From: Bdellovibrionales bacterium
GTDB lineage: Bacteria > Bdellovibrionota > Bdellovibrionia > Bdellovibrionales > UBA1609
Assembly: GCA_041690295.1 (NCBI GenBank)
Contig: JAWLHR010000004.1
Span: forward strand, 20,919-84,918
DNA: 64,000 bases
Direction of reading: 5' to 3'
Numbering within the stretch: position 1 is the stretch's first letter; every line of letters begins with the position of its first letter. Shown here one piece after another: positions 9,973 through 18,881 of this stretch. The notes beneath the pieces are model-generated. The model saw nothing but the letters and a program-made list of their open reading frames with translations, made no database searches and was not told where the DNA came from. Made by a program: the position numbers and the translations under genes.

Positions 9973-10752
9973 TTATGCTTGATAAATGTGTTGCGCACAT
10001 ATGGCTAACAATTTTTCCTTCTGTTCTAGCATTGGGAAGTGGCCGCATCGATCTATTCTTTTATACTCTGCGTTCGGCAAGAGCCTAGAAAGCTTGTCAA
10101 AATTCATTGTCGGGATTCGAATATCATTCTCGCCTTCGACGAATAGTAATTTGGTTGGTAACTCTGGGAGCGGTTTGCTCGAAAAGATGGAGTTCGGCAA
10201 AGGAAATCCGTCGAAACATCTTGGTACAGCCGATGGGGTATAGTTACGTACGAGTAGTTGGCGCCAACGTTCACTGTATTCGAAAAAATAAAGTGGTAAT
10301 AGGCTTTCGAAATCAATCTCTTGCTTTTTACTTTGGATACGCAGTTTTTTCACACTTTCGTCCCAATGTGGGTTAGATTCCAAATTTGCTGGTGTACTAA
10401 TTAGTGATATAGTCCGGAAATTAGTTTTTAATGAGGATGTCACGACATCTAAAGCGATAATTGCTCCAAGCGAATGTCCGATTAGGTTGATATCGGTGTT
10501 TGTGATGGAGAGTTCTTTTAGGGATGAACTTACTCTGTTAACAATTTCCAAATAATTCCAGGGCACCGCCGGCATTTCCCAAGGAAGTTCAAGAATCATT
10601 ACGGGGTGTTCAATTTGGAGCTGTAGATCATGGGAAAATTCATAGAGGTATTCAGGGGAAAGGCCTGGCCCTCCTGGTAATATTACCGAGGTTTGAGAGC
10701 AATTATGTAAATTTTGCACACCATTCAGATATAAGCCTGTAGATAGCTTCAT
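9973..10752 (-). CDS. alpha/beta hydrolase (proline-iminopeptidase-like)
   Basis: PGGPG oxyanion loop, GHSLG nucleophile, GEND acid, CGHFP His. Confidence 0.85.
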   Translation of the reverse strand: MKLSTGLYLNGVQNLHNCSQTSVILPGGPGLSPEYLYEFSHDLQLQIEHPVMILELPWEMPAVPWNYLEIVNRVSSSLKELSITNTDINLIGHSLGAIIALDVVTSSLKTNFRTISLISTPANLESNPHWDESVKKLRIQSKKQEIDFESLLPLYFFEYSERWRQLLVRNYTPSAVPRCFDGFPLPNSIFSSKPLPELPTKLLFVEGENDIRIPTMNFDKLSRLLPNAEYKRIDRCGHFPMLEQKEKLLAICAQHIYQA

Positions 10753-10791
10753 CCGATGACGCAATGCGCTGTTCATGATATAGCTATTAGC

Positions 10792-12123
10792 ATGTCTAGC
10801 GCTATGGATGCAATTCGAAAAACCCAGTCACTGGAGGAATACACCTGGCGCCGGCTTCGAAGTCCGCTTTTGCTCTCGTGGATAACGATTTTGATTTTCG
10901 CAGCTATGATGACGTTATCTATTGTCGCCGTAATAAAGATTAATCAGCTTCGGTCTAATTTATACGTACTCAAAAGAACGGTGGTCGCAGCAATCAATGC
11001 GGCTGATTGGGACCTCGCAAATAGTCATATCGAAGTTACTGTCTCAAAGTACAATTTTGCGCGCATTACACTTTACTCAACGTCCGATAGGTTAATTGGT
11101 CCGATTGGAGATTCTAATGGAGGAATTTTTGAGTATTGTTCTTCCACGGCGGGTGGTGCGCTCAACGTTTCCGGATGCACAAGTTTAATCAATAAAAATG
11201 AGCTCCTTTTTTTATTTGGATTCGCGGTTGTTTTCATAGTCTCGCTCTTCGTCGGCATTCTTGTTTTTCGGTCAAATAACAAAAGGTTCATTGGTGATGT
11301 GGGTAGATTTCTTCGAGAATTGGGGAGCAATCGTGGATCTGTTAATTCGAGCCAAGCTCTGAATTCAGTGAGTGAGTTGATAGATTTGCAGGTTCAGTTC
11401 GAAAAGTTAATTAATGAGATTGAGAAGAGTGCAAGATTGAAGGCAACTGCGGATATTGCGGCCAGTCTTGCTCATGACCTGCGATCGCCTTTAACGGCAT
11501 TGAGAGTGCTGGCGCAAGCAGGCGGTTTTGATGGAGAAAAGAAAAAGCTTTTGGAGTCGGCAATTTGCCGGACCGATGATTTAGCTGAGAAGTTACTGAT
11601 GAATGTAAAAAATGGTGTGGAACAAGTTAACGATACTTCTGGATCCGAGTTGCTAAGGAATAACGTCTTCGAGGTGGATGCGATAGAAGAACTTTTCAAA
11701 GAGAAGCAGATAGAGTTTTCGAAAGAATCAATTCGAATGACGTTTGAAAACAAAGTACCTAAGAAGATTGCTTGTGTAGGTGACAAGTTTGAGGTTTTCA
11801 GAGTCATATCAAACATCTTGAATAACGGAAGAGATGCGATTGCCGGAAGAAGTAATGGTCACTTATCACTCGTTGTGGAGCCTGATTCAGAGTTTATCTC
11901 CTTCATAATCCGCGATAGTGGAATTGGGATACCCGAAAATAAATTACCTGAATTGATGCGAGTGCGTAGGAGTTACAAAGCGCAAGGCAACGGGATAGGT
12001 TTATTTAATGCGAAGCGAACAATCGAAAAGTTCGGGGGAAAGATCAGTATTGAATCTGTTGAAAGTGTTGGGACAACAGTTCGTGTTATTTTGCCTAGTG
12101 TTGGCGTGAATTCCGATGTCTAA
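10792..12123 (+). CDS. membrane sensor histidine kinase (no cognate regulator nearby; start approximate)
   Basis: Two TM helices; AHDLRSPL H-box, NILNNGRDA N-box, DSGIGI G1, GNGIGL G2. Confidence 0.9.
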   Translation: MSSAMDAIRKTQSLEEYTWRRLRSPLLLSWITILIFAAMMTLSIVAVIKINQLRSNLYVLKRTVVAAINAADWDLANSHIEVTVSKYNFARITLYSTSDRLIGPIGDSNGGIFEYCSSTAGGALNVSGCTSLINKNELLFLFGFAVVFIVSLFVGILVFRSNNKRFIGDVGRFLRELGSNRGSVNSSQALNSVSELIDLQVQFEKLINEIEKSARLKATADIAASLAHDLRSPLTALRVLAQAGGFDGEKKKLLESAICRTDDLAEKLLMNVKNGVEQVNDTSGSELLRNNVFEVDAIEELFKEKQIEFSKESIRMTFENKVPKKIACVGDKFEVFRVISNILNNGRDAIAGRSNGHLSLVVEPDSEFISFIIRDSGIGIPENKLPELMRVRRSYKAQGNGIGLFNAKRTIEKFGGKISIESVESVGTTVRVILPSVGVNSDV

Positions 12124-13423
12124 AAAGTCCTGTATTATTGCAGTATGGTTAGCGATTCTTTTGATGTGGCAATCTGTGCGGGGAGCACCGGTTGATTCCA
12201 GAGCTGCTCAAGATTTTGATTCTTTTGTTGCCTCCCTTCCGAAGGATTTCGTTAAAGGGTTTGTTGAAGTTCCATTGGATTGGGACAATCCGGCGGGTCC
12301 CAAGGTCAAAGTATTTTATTATGGACGTGTTGAAGGATCGTTTGACGGTCGAACTGTATCACCAGTGCTGTTCATAAATGGCGGCCCGGGTTTTTCCAGC
12401 TGGGATTCGTATCATAAAATAAATCAGATTCCTCAAATGAGAAACGCTCCAATAATTTTCATTGACCAAAGGGGAACGGGTTTTTCAAGTGCCTATCCAT
12501 CAATGGAAAACAAAGAATCGCGTTCTTATACAAAATACTACGGCTCAAGAGAAATAGTTCGAGATATTGAATATATTAGGACGAGACTTCTTAAAAAGGA
12601 CACTGCATGGCATGTTGTTGGACATAGTTATGGTTCCCTTATTTTGTACAGATATCTGATTGATTATCCGGATAAAATACGATCTGCGCATGCGCTAAGC
12701 TTCGCATTGCACGACAATCCTAACCGATATTTAGATTTCCGACTTCTTGGGCTGCGAAAGGCAATTGAACAATATTTAGCAAAATACCCAAAAGATTTGG
12801 TGATAATTGAAGGACTTAAAGACTATTTAGCGAATGGAGCGTGCGACCGAGCATTCATCGATCTATTTATCAGCAGGATACACAATCGGGAGAGCTGGAA
12901 GAGCTTGCATTTGGATCTGCTAGATCTGATGCGCAATCCGAAGTTTGTCGATCTTCAATTTCACAAAAAGGTCACAGTCGATTCGCATCAATCTAGTTGC
13001 GCCCTTCAGCCACAGCAAATTATCGACTACATTGAGATTACTGGCGGCGATAATATGGAAGATTCGCTTCGGAGATTGTCTGACAAGGACAACCTAATTT
13101 TAAGTATATTGTATAACACGCAGGACCGTAAGTCTCCGGTGAGAGCTGATGTTGCAGAGATCTTGAGACCCGAATTTAAAAGATTGTCTCGGCGTATAAG
13201 TATACGTGATATAAAAAAAGCGAACGTTACCGGTAAGTTCAAAGTTTACGTTGGTAATTCCGATTACATCGTGCCTGTTGAGAGTTTTGAAAAGATGAGA
13301 AATGAGTTTGGAAACCTCCTAGATTTCCATGTGATTAAAGGAGCAGGTCACTTTGATATTGTTTCTAATCTAACGGCTTGGCAAAAAATCTTCGGCAACG
13401 ACTGTGAGGGTATTCTTCAATAA
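12116..13423 (+). CDS. exported alpha/beta hydrolase (S33 peptidase-like)
   Basis: Signal peptide; VPLDW, NGGPG, DQRGTGFS, GHSYG, GAGH; ends NDCEGILQ. Confidence 0.85.
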   Translation: MSKKSCIIAVWLAILLMWQSVRGAPVDSRAAQDFDSFVASLPKDFVKGFVEVPLDWDNPAGPKVKVFYYGRVEGSFDGRTVSPVLFINGGPGFSSWDSYHKINQIPQMRNAPIIFIDQRGTGFSSAYPSMENKESRSYTKYYGSREIVRDIEYIRTRLLKKDTAWHVVGHSYGSLILYRYLIDYPDKIRSAHALSFALHDNPNRYLDFRLLGLRKAIEQYLAKYPKDLVIIEGLKDYLANGACDRAFIDLFISRIHNRESWKSLHLDLLDLMRNPKFVDLQFHKKVTVDSHQSSCALQPQQIIDYIEITGGDNMEDSLRRLSDKDNLILSILYNTQDRKSPVRADVAEILRPEFKRLSRRISIRDIKKANVTGKFKVYVGNSDYIVPVESFEKMRNEFGNLLDFHVIKGAGHFDIVSNLTAWQKIFGNDCEGILQ

Positions 13424-13517
13424 CCCGCTATAGATGAGAGCGTTGCCAACTAAACACTCTCATCCGTTACGACTCTCAAGGAATCATTTTATCAATTCCA
13501 ATAGCTGCTAAGATGAA

Positions 13518-14474
13518 CTAATACCTTTGGATGTATCTCAGGCGCTTAGCCGAGCGCTTCTTCTTCGTCACTTTCTTTTTGTGCACCCGTTTCACGGACG
13601 GTTTCCGCGACGAAACGGATCCTCCCTTGTCATTGGGCGGAACAAGGCAGCCATGAAATTTATAGGGAACGCGTCCGCGGCCGCTTCGGCTATTCAGAAA
13701 AGGAGAGGAGTAAATCCCGGCCCCTTTCCATTTGTTCGAGCCAATCTTGATCGCGGCGTGACCGCAATAGCTTTTTCCGCAGCGACGGCCACCGCCGAAA
13801 AAGCAGGCCGTTCCGATCGGAACCGAGCTCGAATAACTGATCGGCGACCAACCGGCCGCTTTGTATCTGGGATAAGCCATTGAAGCCATCGGAATTCCTT
13901 GCGGGACACGGCGAGTGAAACGGGCGGCGGTGATGCGCACGTCGCGCAAACAATAGGTCATGCCGCCACGTCCGCCCCGACGACGGGACCGCCCGCCACC
14001 ACGTCGAGCCACTTCCGTCGCCGCGTATTCCGCGTCTTCCAGCACAATTCCAAGATCGGCGAAAAATTCAAGAGCTTCGACGTCGATGAATTCCGGTTGG
14101 GCATTGACCAGATCCGATGTGTGAACCCAGGCGATCACCGGCTCATTCGGTGTCACTCCGGGATTTTCCGGACTGATGTCTTCGTCAATACCGATCAAGA
14201 CAAACGCGCCGTCAGGTGAGAATTCCAGTACATTGATTTCAGTGCCAGGGACGAGAGTCAGACGGGGTTTATTGAAAGTTTCTTCTTCGCCATCGGCGAT
14301 CATCGGCTGCAATGAAACAGCTCGCTTCAATTTGTACCAGTGATCCACTTTGAGCGCCGGCTCAGAGGCATTGGATGAAAAGATATCATCCGTGGGTAAG
14401 GCGGCGGTCGCGGTCGTCGCGTGCAGAACGGCCGCTGTCAAAAAAAGGATTATTCGAGAGAAGAATACTTTCAT
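13518..14474 (-). CDS. exported protein with C-terminal CHAP/NlpC-like cysteine amidase domain
   Basis: Signal peptide; TYCLRDVR and CGHAAIK suggest a Cys/His dyad; basic tail. Confidence 0.55.
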   Translation of the reverse strand: MKVFFSRIILFLTAAVLHATTATAALPTDDIFSSNASEPALKVDHWYKLKRAVSLQPMIADGEEETFNKPRLTLVPGTEINVLEFSPDGAFVLIGIDEDISPENPGVTPNEPVIAWVHTSDLVNAQPEFIDVEALEFFADLGIVLEDAEYAATEVARRGGGRSRRRGGRGGMTYCLRDVRITAARFTRRVPQGIPMASMAYPRYKAAGWSPISYSSSVPIGTACFFGGGRRCGKSYCGHAAIKIGSNKWKGAGIYSSPFLNSRSGRGRVPYKFHGCLVPPNDKGGSVSSRKPSVKRVHKKKVTKKKRSAKRLRYIQRY

Positions 14475-14625
14475 TTGGAAATCCTTTCGTTTTCGCATCC
14501 CCGAGTCTTATTGGGGAACGGCCCGAGGAATGCGGTTTTGAATTTTTTTGAGTGAACGTGTGTAAACGGGAACGTGGGAAAAATGTAGGGTAAAAATTTG
14601 AATGCCTAATCGGTATGCAGTGAGC

Positions 14626-14641
14626 AGGCGTGCGGATTGCA
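14626..14641 (+). promoter_or_regulatory. putative sigma54 promoter
   Basis: AGGCGT-GCGGA-TTGCA. Confidence 0.5.
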
Positions 14642-14743
14642 AGTTTGGCCGCCAGACGTGAATAAGTCGCCAATAATCCGATTTTATGCTGGGTTTTGGT
14701 GCCGTTTTTTGCGACTGGTGTCATTCGTGGGCATGGAGGAAAA

Positions 14744-16699
14744 ATGAAGAGTCTATTAATGGTGGTTACTTTGGTGCTGGCAACCAGCTCCAGCGGGGCG
14801 CACGGGTTTTGGAGGCTGAGCGAAGGTTATAAAAGACAAGCTCAAGGTTTCAGCAATCAGACATTAGTGAGGGAACTCAACAGTCCGACTTGGACCTGGA
14901 TGTGGAGAACTCCCCATCATATTATTTCCGAAATCGAAATTCGCGCCAACGCTTCTGAGAGGGAAGCCGAAGATTTGCTCACGAAGCTGATGGCGAGCTT
15001 GTTGGAAAAAGGCTCCGCGGCGGATTATGTGGACTCCACTTACGGTTACCTTCTTCAACTTTCCGAAGTCCGTGGGGTATCGAGTGAAATGATCAGCTCC
15101 CTCATCAAGACTAAAGTGGAATGCAAACTCCAAAAGAAGGACTACACATCTTTCTGTGAAAAGTTGACGAAGTTTCTAGATAGCCGAATGAAGGCTGACT
15201 TCAAAAGCTTGTCTGTTCAGGCATTGATGGATTTGATCCGTTATTTCTCGGGTCGCGATAGAGACGTGAAATATGAACGGCAGGTTATTGACGCCTTCAT
15301 CGCGAACGCTCAAATTCAAAGTGTCGGGCCCGTCCTCCAAGTTTCAAAAGTTCTGTACCTGGGGGCGACAGTTGTTAAACCTTCTTTGATTGATTATCGC
15401 GCGGAAATCCTTCACTTCTTCGTAAAGAAGTTCAAAAAAGAAATTGTTACGCACTCGATTGAAATCATTAAGGCCACCACTATTACCAGTGAGTTCGAAT
15501 ATAAAATCATCAAGCCCGACATCGAAATCGTCACTCAATACGGTGGGAAAGAGGGCTTGGCTCAGATTTCGGCCCAGTTAATGAAAGCCTTGTCGGCGCT
15601 CGAAGCTCAGAAAAGCAAAGAGGCCGCGGTTTTGGCCGAGACGCTGGTTCGCGGCGGCTCATATGGTGGGGGAGGAAGTTCCGGGGGCGGAATCGGCGGT
15701 GGTGGCTCTGGGAACGCTTCCATTGCGCTCGGCCGTTCGATCGGCGGTGGCTACGTTTCCGGCACGATCAACGCCTCGGAAGTGATCCGTTATTTCAAAT
15801 CACTGGCCGAGACGGAATTGTTGCGCATTATCTCCTCGATCTCCAACGTGATCGCTGACATCTGTCAAACAGCGAAAAAGAAAAATGACATCGAGGTGTC
15901 CAAGCTTTGTATTAATACGATCGTTCCCAAGGTGATCCGTCGCGGAGAACAGATGCAGCTTAACGGGGAATTGAGAGACGGGCTCGCAAACCTGATTAAT
16001 CAGATCGTGTCATCTTCCATTAAAGAGTGGGATGAAGAGAGTTTCTCGCTTGAGTGTACGGAACACAATTTGGTTGAACAGGCGAAAAATCGCGCGGAGC
16101 TGATCGCCAAACTCAATACAATGGACCCCTATCTTATAACTTCAACGAAAAAATTCGATGTGAAGTTCATCAATTGTCAGAATGAGAATACGGACTCGAT
16201 GAGGGGTATTCATGTAGATCCGTATGCCATGCTCCACTACAGCCGGACGGGTGTCCCAGCTCGTGTGGATGAATCCAATCGCCGGATTGATATATGTGAA
16301 GACTTTGGTGTTAAGAAATTCATGAGCCCAAATGACTATCTGACATATCTTCGTCGGAGTTCGTCGCTCCTGACGGCTCTACTTGTCACTATGGAATCCA
16401 CGCATTCGTCACCGCATGTTCGAAAAGAGTTGAGGGAAATTCATATGAGTCTGGATCTGAACAATAAAGCGTTCATCGGTGTGGAGCGCGTGTTCAGTGA
16501 AGATAAGGATGACTGCAGTGTGGTTTACTCGCTGAACGACACTTCTCGTTTTGACGCTATTTTGAATCCGGACCTGTTGAACGCGTGTAATCGCAAGCAG
16601 AAAAGGATGAACTGCTCAGGCAAAAACGGTCAGGTGATTTGCGATCAATATGGTAAACGCCAGTTGAAGTTAAGTGTGGAGCGATCTTGTCAAAGTTAA
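14744..16699 (+). CDS. large exported hypothetical protein with central Gly-rich segment
   Basis: GGAGG RBS, MKSLL signal peptide, long ORF. Confidence 0.75.
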   Translation: MKSLLMVVTLVLATSSSGAHGFWRLSEGYKRQAQGFSNQTLVRELNSPTWTWMWRTPHHIISEIEIRANASEREAEDLLTKLMASLLEKGSAADYVDSTYGYLLQLSEVRGVSSEMISSLIKTKVECKLQKKDYTSFCEKLTKFLDSRMKADFKSLSVQALMDLIRYFSGRDRDVKYERQVIDAFIANAQIQSVGPVLQVSKVLYLGATVVKPSLIDYRAEILHFFVKKFKKEIVTHSIEIIKATTITSEFEYKIIKPDIEIVTQYGGKEGLAQISAQLMKALSALEAQKSKEAAVLAETLVRGGSYGGGGSSGGGIGGGGSGNASIALGRSIGGGYVSGTINASEVIRYFKSLAETELLRIISSISNVIADICQTAKKKNDIEVSKLCINTIVPKVIRRGEQMQLNGELRDGLANLINQIVSSSIKEWDEESFSLECTEHNLVEQAKNRAELIAKLNTMDPYLITSTKKFDVKFINCQNENTDSMRGIHVDPYAMLHYSRTGVPARVDESNRRIDICEDFGVKKFMSPNDYLTYLRRSSSLLTALLVTMESTHSSPHVRKELREIHMSLDLNNKAFIGVERVFSEDKDDCSVVYSLNDTSRFDAILNPDLLNACNRKQKRMNCSGKNGQVICDQYGKRQLKLSVERSCQS

Positions 16700-16713
16700 A
16701 GAAGATACGTTTT

Positions 16714-17139
16714 ATGAAAAAGATTTTGCTTATTGTTTTAGCGGTGCTTATGGGAACTGCCGCCAATGCGGTTCCTCTCGATAATGGATTGTATATCCAG
16801 GCCGCGTTTAACGAAGTCACCAACGCCATAGTCGTTGGGGATATGTTGAGATATGGTAAGACCCAAGATGAAGCTCTGACTCAGGATCAGTTGGAATCCA
16901 TTCTAACGGCCTATTGCGACGGCCAAAAAAACGCCCTGAGAGCGTTTGATTATGTCTTTTTGGGCGAGGATGATGAGCGGGCTCACCTGGTGCGGGCCGC
17001 GAAAAATGCATTAGCGGAAATGGGCTGCGATCCATCGAAGACTGCGCAAGAGTACAAATCTCTCGACGACTACCGCGCCAAGGTCAGTGCCCTCATTGTG
17101 GCTTATTCGAATCTTAAAGAATATCTCGCTGCTGACTAG
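16714..17139 (+). CDS. exported hypothetical protein
   Basis: MKKILL..ANA signal peptide. Confidence 0.7.
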   Translation: MKKILLIVLAVLMGTAANAVPLDNGLYIQAAFNEVTNAIVVGDMLRYGKTQDEALTQDQLESILTAYCDGQKNALRAFDYVFLGEDDERAHLVRAAKNALAEMGCDPSKTAQEYKSLDDYRAKVSALIVAYSNLKEYLAAD

Positions 17140-17148
17140 TTCCCACGG

Positions 17149-17170
17149 AAAGGGGGTCACGCTCCCTTTT
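17149..17170. terminator. possible bidirectional terminator
   Basis: AAAGGGGG-tcacg-CTCCCTTTT between convergent genes. Confidence 0.45.
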
Positions 17171-17697
17171 TAAGGCGAATCCACTTTCACAAAACTTAAA
17201 TAATACTTCAGCTCTCCGATGGACTCCTGAATGTCTTCCAGGGCACGATGCACGTCGTTCTTTTTGAACTTCTTGCCGTAAAGCCCATTGAAAACCACTT
17301 TAAACGAGGTCACATCCAGCATTCGGTAGTGCAAGGTGGCCTCAAATAGCGGCATGTATTTCTTAATGAATAAACGATCCTGGCCGATGGAATTGCCAGC
17401 GAGTAAAACGCGCTCATCGGGAAAGTACTGTTTGGCCAGATCCGCCAGATCCTGATCCACCACGCGGGGATCTTTTCCATTGGGAATCAAATCCAGTAGA
17501 CCGCTTTCTTTATGGTGTTTCTGATTCCAGTCATCCATGGCGAGAAGGTATTTCTCCGGCTGGCGAATGACCGCATGATACTGCGCCAACGGATTGAACT
17601 GCCAATCGGTGATGATGGCCGCGACCTCAATGGGCACTTCCTTTTCCACATCCAAGCCCGTCATTTCCATATCCAGCCAAAACAAATTACCTTTCAT
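17170..17697 (-). CDS. orn: oligoribonuclease
   Basis: WLDMEMTGLD, LAGNSIGQDR, LHYRMLDV, HRALEDIQESI. Confidence 0.93.
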   Translation of the reverse strand: MKGNLFWLDMEMTGLDVEKEVPIEVAAIITDWQFNPLAQYHAVIRQPEKYLLAMDDWNQKHHKESGLLDLIPNGKDPRVVDQDLADLAKQYFPDERVLLAGNSIGQDRLFIKKYMPLFEATLHYRMLDVTSFKVVFNGLYGKKFKKNDVHRALEDIQESIGELKYYLSFVKVDSP

Positions 17698-17733
17698 GCG
17701 CTTTCACCTCTGTCCCGAAGTCCGCTTTCCACA

Positions 17734-17979
17734 TCATTTCATAAAAACAACCATCACGCCTTCATTGACTTGACCATTTTCGAGCCGTTCAAACTGCCAT
17801 GGATAATTGGCAAGTTTAAGGTATTGTTCAACCTGAGCCTTCACTTTTCCCGTGCCTTTACCGGGCATGATGCGGACCCGCGGTGCCGAGCTGTGCCGAG
17901 TGAGAAATTTCTCAACAGCGTCAAAAACCTCATCCGCCCGGTAACCATGCAAATCAAGTGTGGGTGGCTTCTTTTTCAA
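17734..17979 (-). CDS. Smr domain protein
   Basis: LDLHG, IMPGKGTG, NEG motifs. Confidence 0.85.
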   Translation of the reverse strand: MKKKPPTLDLHGYRADEVFDAVEKFLTRHSSAPRVRIMPGKGTGKVKAQVEQYLKLANYPWQFERLENGQVNEGVMVVFMK

Positions 17980-18098
17980 GGCGACAACCCTCCGCGAAAC
18001 GCATAATCGCTCAAGTCATTTCATGCCAAATCTTGACGGAAGGGAACCGCTTGGCCACAATGCGGCATCGCTCGATTTCGTTGATTTGGAGGTGGGCC

Positions 18099-18881
18099 AT
18101 CGAACCGAGTTTTGAGGGGCGTGTCGCGCTCGTTGGGGGAGCTTCGCAAGGTATTGGTCAGGCCACGGCCGAGATTCTGGCCGAACGAGGTTGCCGCCTG
18201 ATTCTTCTCTCCCGCCGCCATGATGCGCTGGAGTCGGTCAGGTCCCGCCTCAAGAATTCTTCGCAACATAAAATTTTTGCGGTCGATATGGAGCGTACCG
18301 AGGATTTATCACTCGCGCTCGGCCGTCTGGTGGCGGAAGTGGGTCCGGTCACGATTTGGGTCAACAACACCGGCGGGCCAAAAGCGGGACCGCTCACTGA
18401 AGCCGGACCGGTGGAGTTGGAGCGCGCCTTTCGTGGTCATGTGATGGCCTCGCAGGTGATTTTACGCACTCTTGTTCCCGGCATGAAAGAAGCCAAATAC
18501 GGTCGCATCATCAATGTTTTGTCGACGTCCGTGAAAGTGCCGATTCCTAACCTTGGTGTTTCAAACCTTGTTCGCGCGGCGGTGGCCAGTTGGGCGAAAA
18601 CGCTTTCGCAGGAACTTGGGCCGTTTGGAATCACCGTGAACAATGTGCTGCCGGGATACACGGACACGCCACGTTTAAAAAGTCTCATGTCGGATACCGC
18701 TCAACGGCGGCAAGTCTCCGAAGACGACATTAAAAATGAATGGGCTCAAAGTGTGCCGCTGAAACGCTTGGCTGAACCGCGCGAAACCGCGGAAGCCATC
18801 GCGTTTCTTGCCTCATCGAGTGCGTCGTATATTACAGGTGTCAGTCTGCCGGTCGATGGCGGAAGAACGGGGGCCCTCTGA
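18099..18881 (+). CDS. SDR family oxidoreductase (start ATC 18099 or ATG 18060)
   Basis: GGASQGIG, NNTGGP, SNLVR, NNVLPG, VDGG. Confidence 0.88.
   Translation: MEPSFEGRVALVGGASQGIGQATAEILAERGCRLILLSRRHDALESVRSRLKNSSQHKIFAVDMERTEDLSLALGRLVAEVGPVTIWVNNTGGPKAGPLTEAGPVELERAFRGHVMASQVILRTLVPGMKEAKYGRIINVLSTSVKVPIPNLGVSNLVRAAVASWAKTLSQELGPFGITVNNVLPGYTDTPRLKSLMSDTAQRRQVSEDDIKNEWAQSVPLKRLAEPRETAEAIAFLASSSASYITGVSLPVDGGRTGAL

Noticed and set aside
13403..13423. CaaX prenylation box on the secreted hydrolase as the ICMT substrate
   Set aside because: Cys is sixth from the end, not fourth, and no prenyltransferase is present in the window
7734..13523. ATGAA(A)CTAAT near both island edges as att-like direct repeats
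   Set aside because: Short, imperfect and AT-rich; no integrase nearby
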